From Patescibacteria group bacterium (lineage in GTDB: Bacteria; Patescibacteriota; Patescibacteriia; JAQUQO01), in assembly GCA_028716045.1 (NCBI GenBank), contig JAQUQO010000001.1:64942-128941 (forward strand): 64,000 bases of DNA, given 5' to 3'. The notes under the pieces were generated by a model. The model made no database searches. It saw nothing but the letters and a program-made list of their open reading frames with translations, and was not told where the DNA came from. The position numbers and the translations under genes were made by a program. Shown one piece after another: positions 9,941 to 20,800 of the stretch. Numbering within the stretch: the first letter of the stretch is position 1; each line of letters starts with the position of its first letter.

Positions 9941-9968
9941 TTACTTTTTATTCATTATATATTATAAT
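9941..9968 (+). promoter_or_regulatory. Putative sigma70-type promoter for tRNA-Val/lepB/hisS
   Basis: TTACTT (9941-9946), a 16-nt spacer, then TATAAT (9963-9968), about 85 nt upstream of tRNA-Val. Confidence 0.3.
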
Positions 9969-10054
9969 GAGAACACAATTAACTTTTTGTGGAATTTTTG
10001 ATAAAAAGTGTTTTTTGTTATCTAAAATATTGCTTCGGCGGGGGCAGAAAGAAG

Positions 10055-10128
10055 GCTCGTGTAGCTCAGTTGGTTAGAGCGTACGGTTCACATCCGTAAG
10101 GTCCCTGGTTCGAGCCCAGGCACGAGCA
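10055..10128 (+). tRNA. tRNA-Val (anticodon CAC)
   Basis: Cloverleaf GCTCGTG/CACGAGC acceptor, D stem GCTC/GAGC, anticodon stem TACGG/CCGTA with loop TTCACAT, and T arm CCTGG-TTCGAGC-CCAGG. Confidence 0.85.
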
Positions 10129-10145
10129 CACGGCATTATTAAAAT

Positions 10146-10748
10146 ATGACTAAATACAATAAAGACATCTTTAAAAAACACAGCGGGTGGGGCGAGGATA
10201 TAAGCGATTTTATAATTGAGCTGGTGAAAGTGGTGATTATTTCTTTGATAGTCATTGTCCCGGTCAGGTATTTTTTGATACAACCCTTTTACGTTAAAGG
10301 CGCTTCCATGGAACCGAATTTTTATGACCACGAATATCTGATTATTGACGAAATCTCTTATCGGCTGGAAATGCCCCAGCGAGGCGATATCGTTGTTTTT
10401 AAATATCCGCAGGACCCCAGCCAGTATTTTATCAAAAGAGTTATTGGTTTGCCGGATGAGCGGATTATTGTGAAAGACGGAGGGGTTTATCTTTATGATG
10501 AGAACAAAAAACAGGAGATTCTCCTGGACGAAAGAGATTATTTGAGCGCGACAGTTTTAACCCCCGGGAGAATTGATATAGAATTAGGCGAGGGAGAATA
10601 CTTTGTTTTGGGCGATAATCGCAGTTCCAGCCTGGATTCCCGAACTTTCGGCCCGATAGCTGAACCCTTTATTGTCGGTAAGGCCTGGATTAGGGGTTGG
10701 CCGTTTAATAAGATAAAAATTTTTAATAACCCAAGTTATAATCTGTAA
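10146..10748 (+). CDS. lepB: Signal peptidase I
   Basis: An N-terminal TM helix, the catalytic Ser box GASMEPNF, a Lys box near RVIGLPDE, and GDNRSSSLDSR. Confidence 0.9.
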   Translation: MTKYNKDIFKKHSGWGEDISDFIIELVKVVIISLIVIVPVRYFLIQPFYVKGASMEPNFYDHEYLIIDEISYRLEMPQRGDIVVFKYPQDPSQYFIKRVIGLPDERIIVKDGGVYLYDENKKQEILLDERDYLSATVLTPGRIDIELGEGEYFVLGDNRSSSLDSRTFGPIAEPFIVGKAWIRGWPFNKIKIFNNPSYNL

Positions 10749-10765
10749 AAATTTATTTTAAAAAT

Positions 10766-12241
10766 ATGGGTCGCAAACCAAAAAATAAAAAAAGTCCATT
10801 CAGGGCGCGGTTCTTTGGCAGACACGGGCAGACTAAAGCGGTTAAAAAACCTGTGGATGACAATACCCCAAAACCAGAGGAAAGGAAGACAAAAATCAAA
10901 ACTCCGCAATTACTCCGCGGGATGAAAGACATTTTACCTAATGAACAAAAATATTGGTATTACATTATCAATAAAGCCGAGGCCTTGGCTTGGGGTTATA
11001 CTTTCGGACGGATTGATACCCCGATTTTAGAATCCACGGATTTATTTGTGAGAACCATCGGCAAACAGACGGACATTATTGAAAAGGAAATGTTTTCTTT
11101 TGAGGACCAGGGCGGAGATAGCGTTACTTTGCGCCCGGAGGGGACGGCCTCCATCGCCCGGGCGTTTATAGAGCATGGCATGATTAATTTGCCCCAGCCG
11201 GTCAAGCTTTTTTATTGCGGTCCGATGTTCCGTTACGATCGTCCGCAAGCCGGCAGACAACGCCAATTTCATCAGGTGGGGTTTGAGGTTTTGGGCGATG
11301 CCAGCCCGGTCGTAGACGCTCAGCTGGTGATTTTGGCACATAATTTTTGTAAAGAGTTGGGCTTAGACGTCAATGCCCAGATAAACAGTATCGGTTGTTC
11401 AACTTGCCGCACGGAGTATAAAAAAGAGTTAATTGAATATTTTCGCTCTAAACGAAGCTCGCTTTGCGAAAATTGCAAAAGAAGATTAGCTAAAAATCCT
11501 TTACGTCTTTTGGATTGTAAAGAAGAGGGCTGTGTTAAGATCAGAGAAGAGGCGCCCCAGCTGGTGGATTGGCTTTGTGAACCTTGTAAGAATCACTTTG
11601 TAAAAGTTTTGGAATATTTAGATGAGGCAGAGGTGCCGTATATTTTAAATCCTTATTTGGTCAGAGGGCTTGATTATTATAACCGTACCGCCTTTGAAAT
11701 TTGGCCGGCGGACAATATCCCGGAACCGGAGAAAAAGAAAGAGGAGGAAATTAAATCCGAAGAAAAGAAAGAAGAGGAAAAAGAGATAGCCCAGCCCTTA
11801 AGGCAGAATGCGCTGGGCGGCGGCGGACGTTATGACACGCTTATTTACGGTTTAGGAGGGCGCGATACGCCGGCTTGCGGATTCGCCATAGGGATTGAAC
11901 GTTTGATTCTGAAAATTAAGGAAGCGGGCGTGGAAGTTGATGACCCGACTAAACCCCAGATTTTTTTGGCCCAGCTCGGGGAAACCGCCAAAAGAAAGGC
12001 TTTGGTGTTATTTGAAGAATTGAGGCGTAATAATATCCGCGTGGCGGAAAGCTTTGCCAAAGACAGTTTAAGGCAGCAGCTGGAAATGGCCAATAGATTG
12101 GGCGTAAAATTAACCTTGATTTTAGGGCAGAAAGAGGTTATGGATGGGACGATTTTAATCAGGGATATGGAGGGCGGGATACAGGAAGTTATTGATTTTA
12201 ATAAAACCATAGAAGAGATAAAGAAGAGGTTGGATATTTAG
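10766..12241 (+). CDS. hisS: Histidine--tRNA ligase (with basic N-terminal extension and K/E-rich insertion)
   Basis: Class II motifs (LLRGMKDILP, SVTLRPEGTASIARAF, GGGRYDTL) and a C-terminal anticodon-binding domain. An about 45-aa basic N-terminal extension and the insert EPEKKKEEEIKSEEKKEEEKEIAQP are lineage-specific. Confidence 0.9.
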   Translation: MGRKPKNKKSPFRARFFGRHGQTKAVKKPVDDNTPKPEERKTKIKTPQLLRGMKDILPNEQKYWYYIINKAEALAWGYTFGRIDTPILESTDLFVRTIGKQTDIIEKEMFSFEDQGGDSVTLRPEGTASIARAFIEHGMINLPQPVKLFYCGPMFRYDRPQAGRQRQFHQVGFEVLGDASPVVDAQLVILAHNFCKELGLDVNAQINSIGCSTCRTEYKKELIEYFRSKRSSLCENCKRRLAKNPLRLLDCKEEGCVKIREEAPQLVDWLCEPCKNHFVKVLEYLDEAEVPYILNPYLVRGLDYYNRTAFEIWPADNIPEPEKKKEEEIKSEEKKEEEKEIAQPLRQNALGGGGRYDTLIYGLGGRDTPACGFAIGIERLILKIKEAGVEVDDPTKPQIFLAQLGETAKRKALVLFEELRRNNIRVAESFAKDSLRQQLEMANRLGVKLTLILGQKEVMDGTILIRDMEGGIQEVIDFNKTIEEIKKRLDI

Positions 12242-12259
12242 AATACCAGGAAAATTAAA

Positions 12260-12290
12260 GACCCGTCAGTCGCGACTGACGGGTCTTTTT
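12260..12290 (+). terminator. Rho-independent terminator after hisS
   Basis: GACCCGTCAG / CTGACGGGTC is a perfect 10-bp stem with loop TCGCGA. TTTTT follows. Confidence 0.6.
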
Positions 12291-12307
12291 AATAAATTTT
12301 AGCCAAT

Positions 12308-12336
12308 TTGACGTTATTTAAAAAAAATACTATTAT
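12308..12336 (+). promoter_or_regulatory. Putative promoter for rpsU
   Basis: TTGACG (12308-12313), a 17-nt spacer, then TATTAT (12331-12336) extended by TAATA. A GGGGAGGTGA RBS precedes the GTG start. Confidence 0.35.
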
Positions 12337-12377
12337 AATAAAGAGATTCTAAATATTAACAGGGGAGGTGAAAACCC

Positions 12378-12629
12378 GTGTCTTTTGAAATTAAGCGCAA
12401 AAGAGGGGAAACTTTTGAAGCAATGCTCAGGCGTTTTAACCGCCGGATGATTCAGAGCAAAAAGCTCATCCAGGTAAAAGAGGGCTTGCACTTTAAGAGA
12501 ACTACCAATAAAAATTTGCGCAAGCGTTCAGCTCTGCATCGCTTAAAAGTAAGAGCAGAAAAAGAGTACTTGCGGAAAATCGGCAAGCTCAAAGAAGAGG
12601 ATTATAAAAATAAATTTTTTAGGAAATAA
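12378..12629 (+). CDS. rpsU: 30S ribosomal protein S21
   Basis: GTG start after the AGGGGAGGTGA RBS. The basic 83-aa product has the S21 pattern (FEAMLRRFNRR...KRSALHRLKVRAEKE). Confidence 0.85.
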   Translation: MSFEIKRKRGETFEAMLRRFNRRMIQSKKLIQVKEGLHFKRTTNKNLRKRSALHRLKVRAEKEYLRKIGKLKEEDYKNKFFRK

Positions 12630-12641
12630 TACGCTTTAACT

Positions 12642-13088
12642 ATGAATTTACAAGAGCGTATTGAGGCCGATTTCATCGCGGCCCTAAAAGGCAAAAAAGA
12701 AAGCGAAGTGTCCATACTGCGCCTGCTTAAAGCCGCTTTAAAAAATGCCAGAATCAGCAAAATGAAAGATTTAACCGAAGCCGATGCGGAGAAAGTTATC
12801 AGAAGCGAAATAAAAAAAATGCAGGATTCCATCGTGGAATATAAAAGAGGCGGCAGAGAAGATTTAGCGGACAAAGAAGAAAGAGAGATAGCCATTTTAA
12901 AAAAATATTTGCCGGCAGAATTGGCAGAGGAAGAGCTTAAAAAAATAGTTGATGAAGCGGTGAAGAGTTTAAACGCTTCCGCCCCGGCGGATTTTGGCAA
13001 GGTGATGAAAGAAGTCGTGAAAATGGCGGCGGGCCGAGCCGGCGGAAATAAATTAGCCGAGGTAGTTAAGAACAAATTAGGGGGATAA
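12642..13088 (+). CDS. GatB/YqeY domain protein
   Basis: MNLQERIEADFIAALKGKKESEVSILRLLKAALKN is the typical YqeY family N-terminus. The product is 148 aa. Confidence 0.8.
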   Translation: MNLQERIEADFIAALKGKKESEVSILRLLKAALKNARISKMKDLTEADAEKVIRSEIKKMQDSIVEYKRGGREDLADKEEREIAILKKYLPAELAEEELKKIVDEAVKSLNASAPADFGKVMKEVVKMAAGRAGGNKLAEVVKNKLGG

Positions 13089-13089
13089 T

Positions 13090-14844
13090 ATGCTTGTCAA
13101 AAAAAAGTTATTTTTAGAGATAACTGTCCTAACGGTATTTTTTGTCGTGACGGTTATTTTTTTATTTCCCTATTTTGTCCAAGCGCAAGTTGACACAGGA
13201 CTGGGTTATTTAGAAAGTTCCGGTTTGGCAGTTACCGATATCAGAATAACCATCGCGCGGATTATCCGTATCGCTCTCGGGCTTTTAGGGGCGATCGCCA
13301 CGGTGATAATTTTATATGGCGGATTTCTTTGGATGACCGCCGCCGGCAATGAGGAAAAAATGGAGACCGCCAAAAAAATTTTAAAGAACGGGGCTATTGG
13401 ACTGGCGATAATTATTACTTCTTTTTCCATCGCCAGTTTTGTTTTAAATTCACTTCTTAGGGCCACGGGCGTTACGGTCGGGGGCGGGGAGACGCCGGCA
13501 ACGGGCGCGGGCGGCGGGGGTTTGGGGTTTGGCATTATCCAAAGCCATTATCCGGCCCGCAATGCCAAAGAGATACCTCGCAACACAAAAGTTGTCGTTA
13601 CTTTCAAAGAATCAATCAAGGCAGATACTCTTATTAAAGACGGGGCTGATGAAGGCGAAATCCCTGGAGATTCACTTTCTGATCGTCTGATTACCACCAG
13701 CGTGCGTATTATTAAAAAAGGCGACTCCTTTCAAACGGGACCGTTTGTAGAGGCCTCGGCCATGGCAACAAGCGATAATAAAACTTTTGTTTTTAAGCCC
13801 TTGGATCTTTTGGGCAGTTCCTCTGTTTCTACTGATTATATCGTTCTTCTTTCTAATGACATCAAGAAAGCGGATGGCAAAAATGCTTTTAGCGGCGCCG
13901 ACCGGTGTGAAAATAATTCGGGGGTATATTGTTGGGGGTTTACCGTGAGCACTTTTGTTGATATCACCCCACCCCAAGTGGTAAATGTTTTTCCGGCAAA
14001 CGATTCCGAGGGCAAAAATCCGGTAGCGCGGAACGCCGTAGCGCAGATAAATTTTTCCGAACCAATTGACCCTTTGTCCGCCGCTGGCGTCTTTCCTCCC
14101 TTTGAGAATATTAGCGTAAAGGAAAATGGGGTGGCAAAAGAGGGTGGATATAATATAGGCAATGAGTACCAAGCAGTGGAATTTATTCCCAATGTTCTTT
14201 GCGGGCAGAATTCCTGCGGGCAAGATGTTTTTTGTCTGCCGCCCAACGCTCAATTAACAGCTTTGGCCAAATCAATTGACCCGGAAAAAGTGAGTTTCCC
14301 GTACGGGGGAGTGGTTGATATGTGTGACAACCCCTTGGATGGCGACGGCGACGGGGCGGTTGATAAAAAAGAAGGAGATAATTATCCGGATAATTATTCC
14401 TGGTCTTTTGCTACCAGCGATGAGGTTGATTTAACCTCGCCAGCCGTAGAAAAAATAATTCATCAAAATAAAGATAATACCGGAGAATTCATCTCTCCGC
14501 CGGATGGCGTGAGCGATATTTTGGATAATATTAATAAAACAGAACCCATAGAAATATATTTCAGTAAAGCGATGATGGTTAGTTTAATAAATAATTCTAA
14601 CGTGGTCATCGAGCCGCAGGACGCTAAGTGGTATGGCTGGTTTTACCCGATTTCTAAAAATGAAAGCGTGGAAGTTGATGGCCGAACGTTAAGGAAAACG
14701 CGGACCAGCTTAAAACACGATATCTTTTTTGAATCCAGCGGTTATTGGCCGAGTATTTCTTCACAGCTTAAAGATGTTTACCAAAATTGTCTTTGGGACT
14801 CGGCGAACAAGAAGGTCCCCGGTCCGGAGATAGTGACGCCGTAA
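13090..14844 (+). CDS. Membrane-anchored extracellular protein with N-terminal VirB2/TrbC-type pilin-like two-helix domain and Ig-like region
   Basis: After a signal/TM comes GLGYLESSGL...IRIALGLLGAIATVIILYGGFLWMTAAGNEEKMETAKKILKNGAIGLAIIITSFSIASFVL (helix-loop-helix, res about 36-122), then a Gly linker and beta-rich domains. The N-domain is paralogous to that of the next gene. Confidence 0.65.
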   Translation: MLVKKKLFLEITVLTVFFVVTVIFLFPYFVQAQVDTGLGYLESSGLAVTDIRITIARIIRIALGLLGAIATVIILYGGFLWMTAAGNEEKMETAKKILKNGAIGLAIIITSFSIASFVLNSLLRATGVTVGGGETPATGAGGGGLGFGIIQSHYPARNAKEIPRNTKVVVTFKESIKADTLIKDGADEGEIPGDSLSDRLITTSVRIIKKGDSFQTGPFVEASAMATSDNKTFVFKPLDLLGSSSVSTDYIVLLSNDIKKADGKNAFSGADRCENNSGVYCWGFTVSTFVDITPPQVVNVFPANDSEGKNPVARNAVAQINFSEPIDPLSAAGVFPPFENISVKENGVAKEGGYNIGNEYQAVEFIPNVLCGQNSCGQDVFCLPPNAQLTALAKSIDPEKVSFPYGGVVDMCDNPLDGDGDGAVDKKEGDNYPDNYSWSFATSDEVDLTSPAVEKIIHQNKDNTGEFISPPDGVSDILDNINKTEPIEIYFSKAMMVSLINNSNVVIEPQDAKWYGWFYPISKNESVEVDGRTLRKTRTSLKHDIFFESSGYWPSISSQLKDVYQNCLWDSANKKVPGPEIVTP

Positions 14845-14871
14845 TTTTTATTTTACAATTTTTAATTTTCA

Positions 14872-17800
14872 ATGAAATCGCGAAAGCTAACAATTAAAAT
14901 TTTATTGGCCGCAAGTTTATTGCTGGCAATTTTCTTTTTAGGGAAACCCGTTTTGGCCCAAGTGGACGCTGGTTTGGGTTATTTGGAACAGTCGGGGCTG
15001 GGGACGGCTGATATCAGGGTGACTATTGCCAATATCATCCGCATAATTTTGGGATTTTTAGGCACTCTGGCGGTAGTGATTGTTTTAATTGGAGGTTTCA
15101 AATGGATGACCGCCGCCGGCAATGAGGAAAAGCTGGCCGGGGCTAAGAAGTTGCTTCTTAACGGAGCTATTGGTTTAGTTATTGTGCTATTTTCTTTTGG
15201 TATTGCCAGTTTCGTAATTTCCAGATTGATGCAGGCGACTGGCGGGGGAGGAGGCGGCGTTGTCGGTGGCGAAGTCCCCGGCGGCGGGGTTTTTTATCCC
15301 AACAATTTAGTAGTGAAAAGTATTACTCCGCAGGGGCCGGTGCCCATTCGCAATGTTAAGGTCAGAGTAATCTTTAACAAAGAAATAAAACCGGAGAGTG
15401 TGACGGGGAAAATAGAAGTAAGGAGGGCGAATGATGATTCTGAAGCAGCCGGCAATTTTGATATTGGCTCCCGGTCGGTGGAATTTTCGCCGTCAGCGGC
15501 TTGCCCCGAGCCTAATCAAAATTTAAAATGTTTTGATTCCAATACTGAATATCGGGTTGAGATTAAAGAAGGGGTCAAAAGTGCTGATGATAAAGATTTA
15601 AAATGCGGCGGCGCTTATCCTAAGTGCAATGGATTTTTTACCACTGGCGATTTAGTTGATGTCACTCCGCCCACGGGGGTAATCACCAACCCCGATGACG
15701 GAGGAAGCTTTAGTGTGGACGATTCAGTTCTGCTTCAGGCGGCAACCAAAGATGACAGCGGTATCGGCCTCGTGGAATTTTATGTTGACGGCCGTTTGAT
15801 TGATAGCGACGGGCCGGAGGGGCCGACGGCGTCAACTTATCTTGCCGAAGGATATTGGGAAACGGCGGGCGTGGAGCTTCTGTCCAGACATGAAATTTAT
15901 GCTCAGGTTTTTGATATTAACGACCACAAAACAAATACGGATAAAATTTACGCTCTCGCCCGGGCCAAACACTGTTTTAACGGGATTAAAGATGAAAAAG
16001 AAGAGGGCGTGGATTGCGGCGGAGAGCGCGAGGCCAAAGATTATTGCGGCGCCTGCGCCGGTGGTGATTGCGACCGCGCGGACAAAGACGCCGGGACCTG
16101 TGCCGCGCCAGACAATACTTTTTGCGCTTCGGGATATTGTGAATCAACAACCTGTAAATGTCAGATTCACCTGAAAATATCTAATATCTACTCCGGAGAT
16201 AAAAATGATTTTGCCGGCCTGAACCCCAATGGTTCGCCGGGCAATTATTTAACTATTAAAGGAGAAGGTTTCGGGCGTTCCTTGGGGCAAGTGATTTTTT
16301 TAGGCAGCGACCTTTCTTCGGACGATAAAATAGCCGCGCTCGCGTCTTGCAGTTCTGCTTGGCAAGATAAGCAGGTAGTAGTGGAAATTCCGGCCGGCGT
16401 GGTCGATGGATCAATTAAATTAATTACTGGCAATAAAGCCGAGGACAGCACGGATGACGCCTATGGGCCGATTATCAATGATTTCCAGTTAAATGACAGT
16501 AAACGTCCTGGCATCTGCGAAGTTTCTCCGCGCGAAGGAGTGGAGGGCGGCGATTTGAATATCAGCGGCAAAGGATTCGGCGACCAAGCAGGCGCTTTAT
16601 ATTTCGGCTCGGAAATTTTGAAAAAAATAAACAGCTGGCAAGACGGTAAGATTTCCTCGGTCATTCCCAATTTTAATTTAGGGGATTACTTAGTTTTAAT
16701 AAAAGCCGGAGAAGAATTTAGCAACGGCGTCAATTTTTCTTTAATTGAGGGCAAAAGTGTCGGGCCGCATGTTGATTATCTAAATCCGGAAAAAGGGAGA
16801 AAGGGCCAATATGTTACCATTGTCGGTTCGCGTTTTGGCAGTGGCCAAGGAACAGTCAATTTTATCAACCGGGCCAAAGGCAATGCTATTTTAGCCAGTA
16901 CTGATTTTCCGGCAGCTTGCCAGAGCAGCTGGTGGCGCGATAATTACGTGATTGTCCGCGTTCCGGAGATTGGTGATGGAACTTACGACCTAGTTTTAAC
17001 CACCGCCAAAAATCGCGACAGCAATCCCGTTCCCTTTGAAGTGACTGGCGATCCTTTAACGCCCGGCATTTGTAATTTGAATCCTGATAATGGGCTAGTG
17101 AATACCAAGGTTAATATCAGCGGCGGGGGATTTGCTTCATTAGGCAGTGAGAGCCGAATTGATTTCTGGCAAAATAAAAAAGCCGAAGCGGTTTCCTGGA
17201 GTGATGACAAGATATTTACCACCGTCCCCCCGGATACCCAGACCGGTCCGGTGTTTGTGACAAGCAATGAAAAAAAAGACGGGGCTAACCTCGTAAGCAA
17301 TCGTATTCCTTTTCGAGTAGGCGCGTGCGAAAAAGATTCTTGCTTGGAGGGGGAAACTTGTTGCGGCGACGGTATTTGCCGCGGAACTTGTTTTGATGAA
17401 ATCAGTAAAGCCAAATATCGCTGGTATTTTAATACCGGAGAATTGCCGAAAATTCCTCAAGTGGTGGAAGAGTGCGCGGCTAATTCCGCGCCCAGTCCTG
17501 TGCCCTTTTCCAAATTTGGCAATACCGACGTTTGTCTTAATGTGATTCCCTCGGCTCGTTTCAGCGTGCCGATGCAATACGAAACTTTAATTAAAGAAAA
17601 TATTCTTTTTGAGGAATGCGCCACCGGAGCGGAGGGGAAGATGATTTGTATTCCGGTGGAGGATTATTCCATAGCGATTTCCAGTTCTAAGGATTCCGAA
17701 TCAGGAAAAGACAGATTTGAGATTTACCCTGGCGGCAAAGGTTCGGGCGTTAATTTAAAATCTAATACTTCTTACAGGGTGGTTCTAACCACGGCTTTAC

Positions 17801-20800
17801 GCGGAGCGGACACGGAGGGAAAGACCGGCGCCAATATGATTGCCAATGTGGAAGAATGCGGTCAGGGCAATGCTTATTGTTGGGGATTTAAAACCGGCGA
17901 CAAGCTTTGCGATATCGGGGATATCAATGTTCTCCCGTCACCTAACACCCTAAGAAGCGCCGACGCGCAGAGCGATTATGAGGTTGTGGTTCGTGCTAAG
18001 GATAATTCTTGCTGGGGAATAAATCCGTTCGCTTACGACTGGTGGTGGATAATTGCCGACCCGTCTAAGGCCGATGTCACTAACGCAGAGTTGGATGGTA
18101 AGGGTCTGCCGGAGCAGATAGTCACGGCTAAAAATGAAACCCTGCCGGACAGACCTACGCAAGTTATGGCCGATACTGAAGACAAACTCGGCGACGGGGA
18201 GTTGCACATCAATTACGCTTTTCCGGCGGTCATTAATCATTCGCCCGCGTGCCAAAACGGAATTTGCTCCAACGCGGAGATTTCCGCCACTTTCAATGTC
18301 CAATTGGAAAATTATGAAGACAATATTCTGCTTTATAAATGCGCTGAAGAGAGCTGTAAATATTTAAGCGAAATTCCGGTGGCTTATACGTCGGAAAAAA
18401 TCGCCAAGACGGGCGGGGAGGAAGTAAATGAAAAAATTACGCTGACCATTCTCGGTGAAAATGAGTTTTTAGAGAAAGATACCTGGTATCGCGTGCAAGT
18501 TAAGGGCGGGGATAACGGCGTCAAATCAAAGGGCGGCGAGCGCAGTTTAATCGGCGGAAATGATGGCGCTGATTATTCTTGGAAGTTTCAAACGCGCGAT
18601 AACGATAAAATTTGCGACGTGGAACAAGTTGAAGTGTTTCCGAGAAAAACCACTTTATATTACATCGGGCAGAGAAAAGAATTGACGAGTTCCGTGTCGG
18701 GTCCGGAAGACGCTTGCGGCAATGGGCAAAGTTTAGCGGTCAGAACAAATAACCCCGACACCGGCGCCAGCTTGGATAATTATAATTGGCAATGGGAAAG
18801 TAGCGTGCCGAATTTAGTGACTCTCACGGGCAGCGCTCTCGGCAGAGTGGCGCCATGGGACGGTGAATTAATTGATGCTAATCCCATAATTGGCGGGGCG
18901 TGTTCTTCAAAATGCCTGCGCGTTGGTTCTAAAACCGGCGGAGCGATTTGCGGCAATGGGGTTTGGGAAAAAGGCGAAGATTGCGATGGCGGAGGGGGGT
19001 GTTCGGCAAAATGTCTTAGCGCCGGTTCAGTCAGTCCGGCGGTTTGCGGCGACGGCTATATCGGCGCTCCCGATAAAAAATACGAATATAAAAATTATCT
19101 GACTGACCTAAGAGCCGGGAGGTTACCCGCTGATTTTAAATCTTTCGGCGAGGAGTGCGACGATGGCAAACATTGCGCCAATGGGGCTTATTGCAGTAGC
19201 GACACTGAATGCGAGTTGGTAATGAGGGGGTTCTGCGGCACGCCCGCCAATTTTGAGTTATGCAAAGATAATAATTGGGCCACTTTTGATAAAGACGGCA
19301 AAAAATTAGAATCCATATTGGATAAAAAATGTCAGCCTCGTTCCAGTGATAGTTGCAGTGGGCAGTGTCTAAATGAAGGAGCGGCTTTTGAATTGGGTAC
19401 CTGCGGCAATGGGCAAATCGGCGGAGGAGAAGATTGTGACGATGGCAATCGCCAGCCGGGCGACGGTTGCAGCGCGGCTTGTCTTAATGAAGGGTCAGCG
19501 GCAGGGGCGGCGGTTTGCCAAAATGCGATAGTCGAAAGCAAGTGGGAAGATTGCGACGAGGGCGCTGGAAATAATCCCGCCGCCGGTTGCAGTAATAGCT
19601 GTTTAAACGAAGGGTCAAGGGTTACTCCTTGCGCTTATTTTTTTGATAAAATTGTTTGCGGCCGGCAAGGATATTGTCAGTGGGACGAGATGAGTGAAGA
19701 TGACCCCAGCGATGACCTTTGCGTTTATAATAATGTTTGTGAAAGTAAAACCGAAATTAAGTGCCTTGGCCTTGAGGCTTGTCGTTGGGTAGATAACGAA
19801 TGTCATAAGGCCATCTGCGGAGATGGCGCGGTAGATATCAGCGAGGATTGCGATGATGGCAATTTAAGAGCTGGCGACGGTTGTAGCGCAAAGTGCGTTA
19901 AAGAGGGGGCATCTTTAACTTATACCAATGCTTCGGTCTGCGGCGATGGAGAAATCAAGACGGGTGAAGAATGCGATTCCGGCAGTGGCGACGGCAAGAA
20001 AGACCCGTATCAGGCGGTGACGGCCATTGATTCTACTCCTACGTCGGCGATTATTAAGGCCAGCGTGAATAATGCGGCGGGGAAGAAAATTTCTTGCGAT
20101 GGTGAAGGATGCGCCGAAGTAGAAGTGGTTTGCGTTTGTAGCGATGATGATTATTGTGAAGGATATTCCGAGAATTTGGCCTGCAATCAGGTGAATCGCT
20201 GCTGTTATCCGCGGCCGACCATAGTCGCGGTAAAACCAGCTCACGATAACGACCCCGAAGAGCCAAATGCCTGTCCCAATGGAGTTTTAGAAGTAGAGTT
20301 TGACCAACAAATGGACTTGGCGAGCCTGGCTGAAAATATTAAATTATATCATTTACAATTAAATACTCCCTGCAATCAAGAAGCTTTGTCTTGGCATGAG
20401 AAACTTGGCAAGTGGGCGAAAAACATGTTTGCCAAAATAGGTCTGGCGGCCGTTCCGGAATACTGGTGTCCGGTGGCGGGAGCGGTGCGAACCGTCACTT
20501 TGGATAACGGGGGCAATAAAATAAATAAAGCGGAGTTTGTTCCTAACGATATTTTAGATGTTAATAATACTTATCGTCTGTTTGTAAAAATAGACAATGA
20601 GACCACTGCCGCCATTACCGAAGGCGTGCGCAGTTTGACTGGAGGGGTGGGGGTTAAAGAAGTAGACGCCGCGGGCGGCAACACACATTTTAAAATAGAT
20701 GAAAGCACCGGCAGAATGGAAGAAAGTTCCGGCAATTTTGACCGTTATTTCTTCGCGCATTTTGTCACCGGTATGGAGATTTGCCAGGTGGAGCAGGTTG

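Noticed and set aside
13672-14253. Minus-strand ORFs (193 aa, 136 aa) inside the 13090 pilin-like gene
   Set aside because: They are antisense shadows of the supported plus-strand gene, with no RBS or motif.
18890-20220. Repetitive DNA in the giant gene considered as a possible CRISPR or tandem repeat array
   Set aside because: The repeats are protein-level Cys-rich modules of variable length within one continuous ORF. There are no short identical direct repeats with unique spacers.
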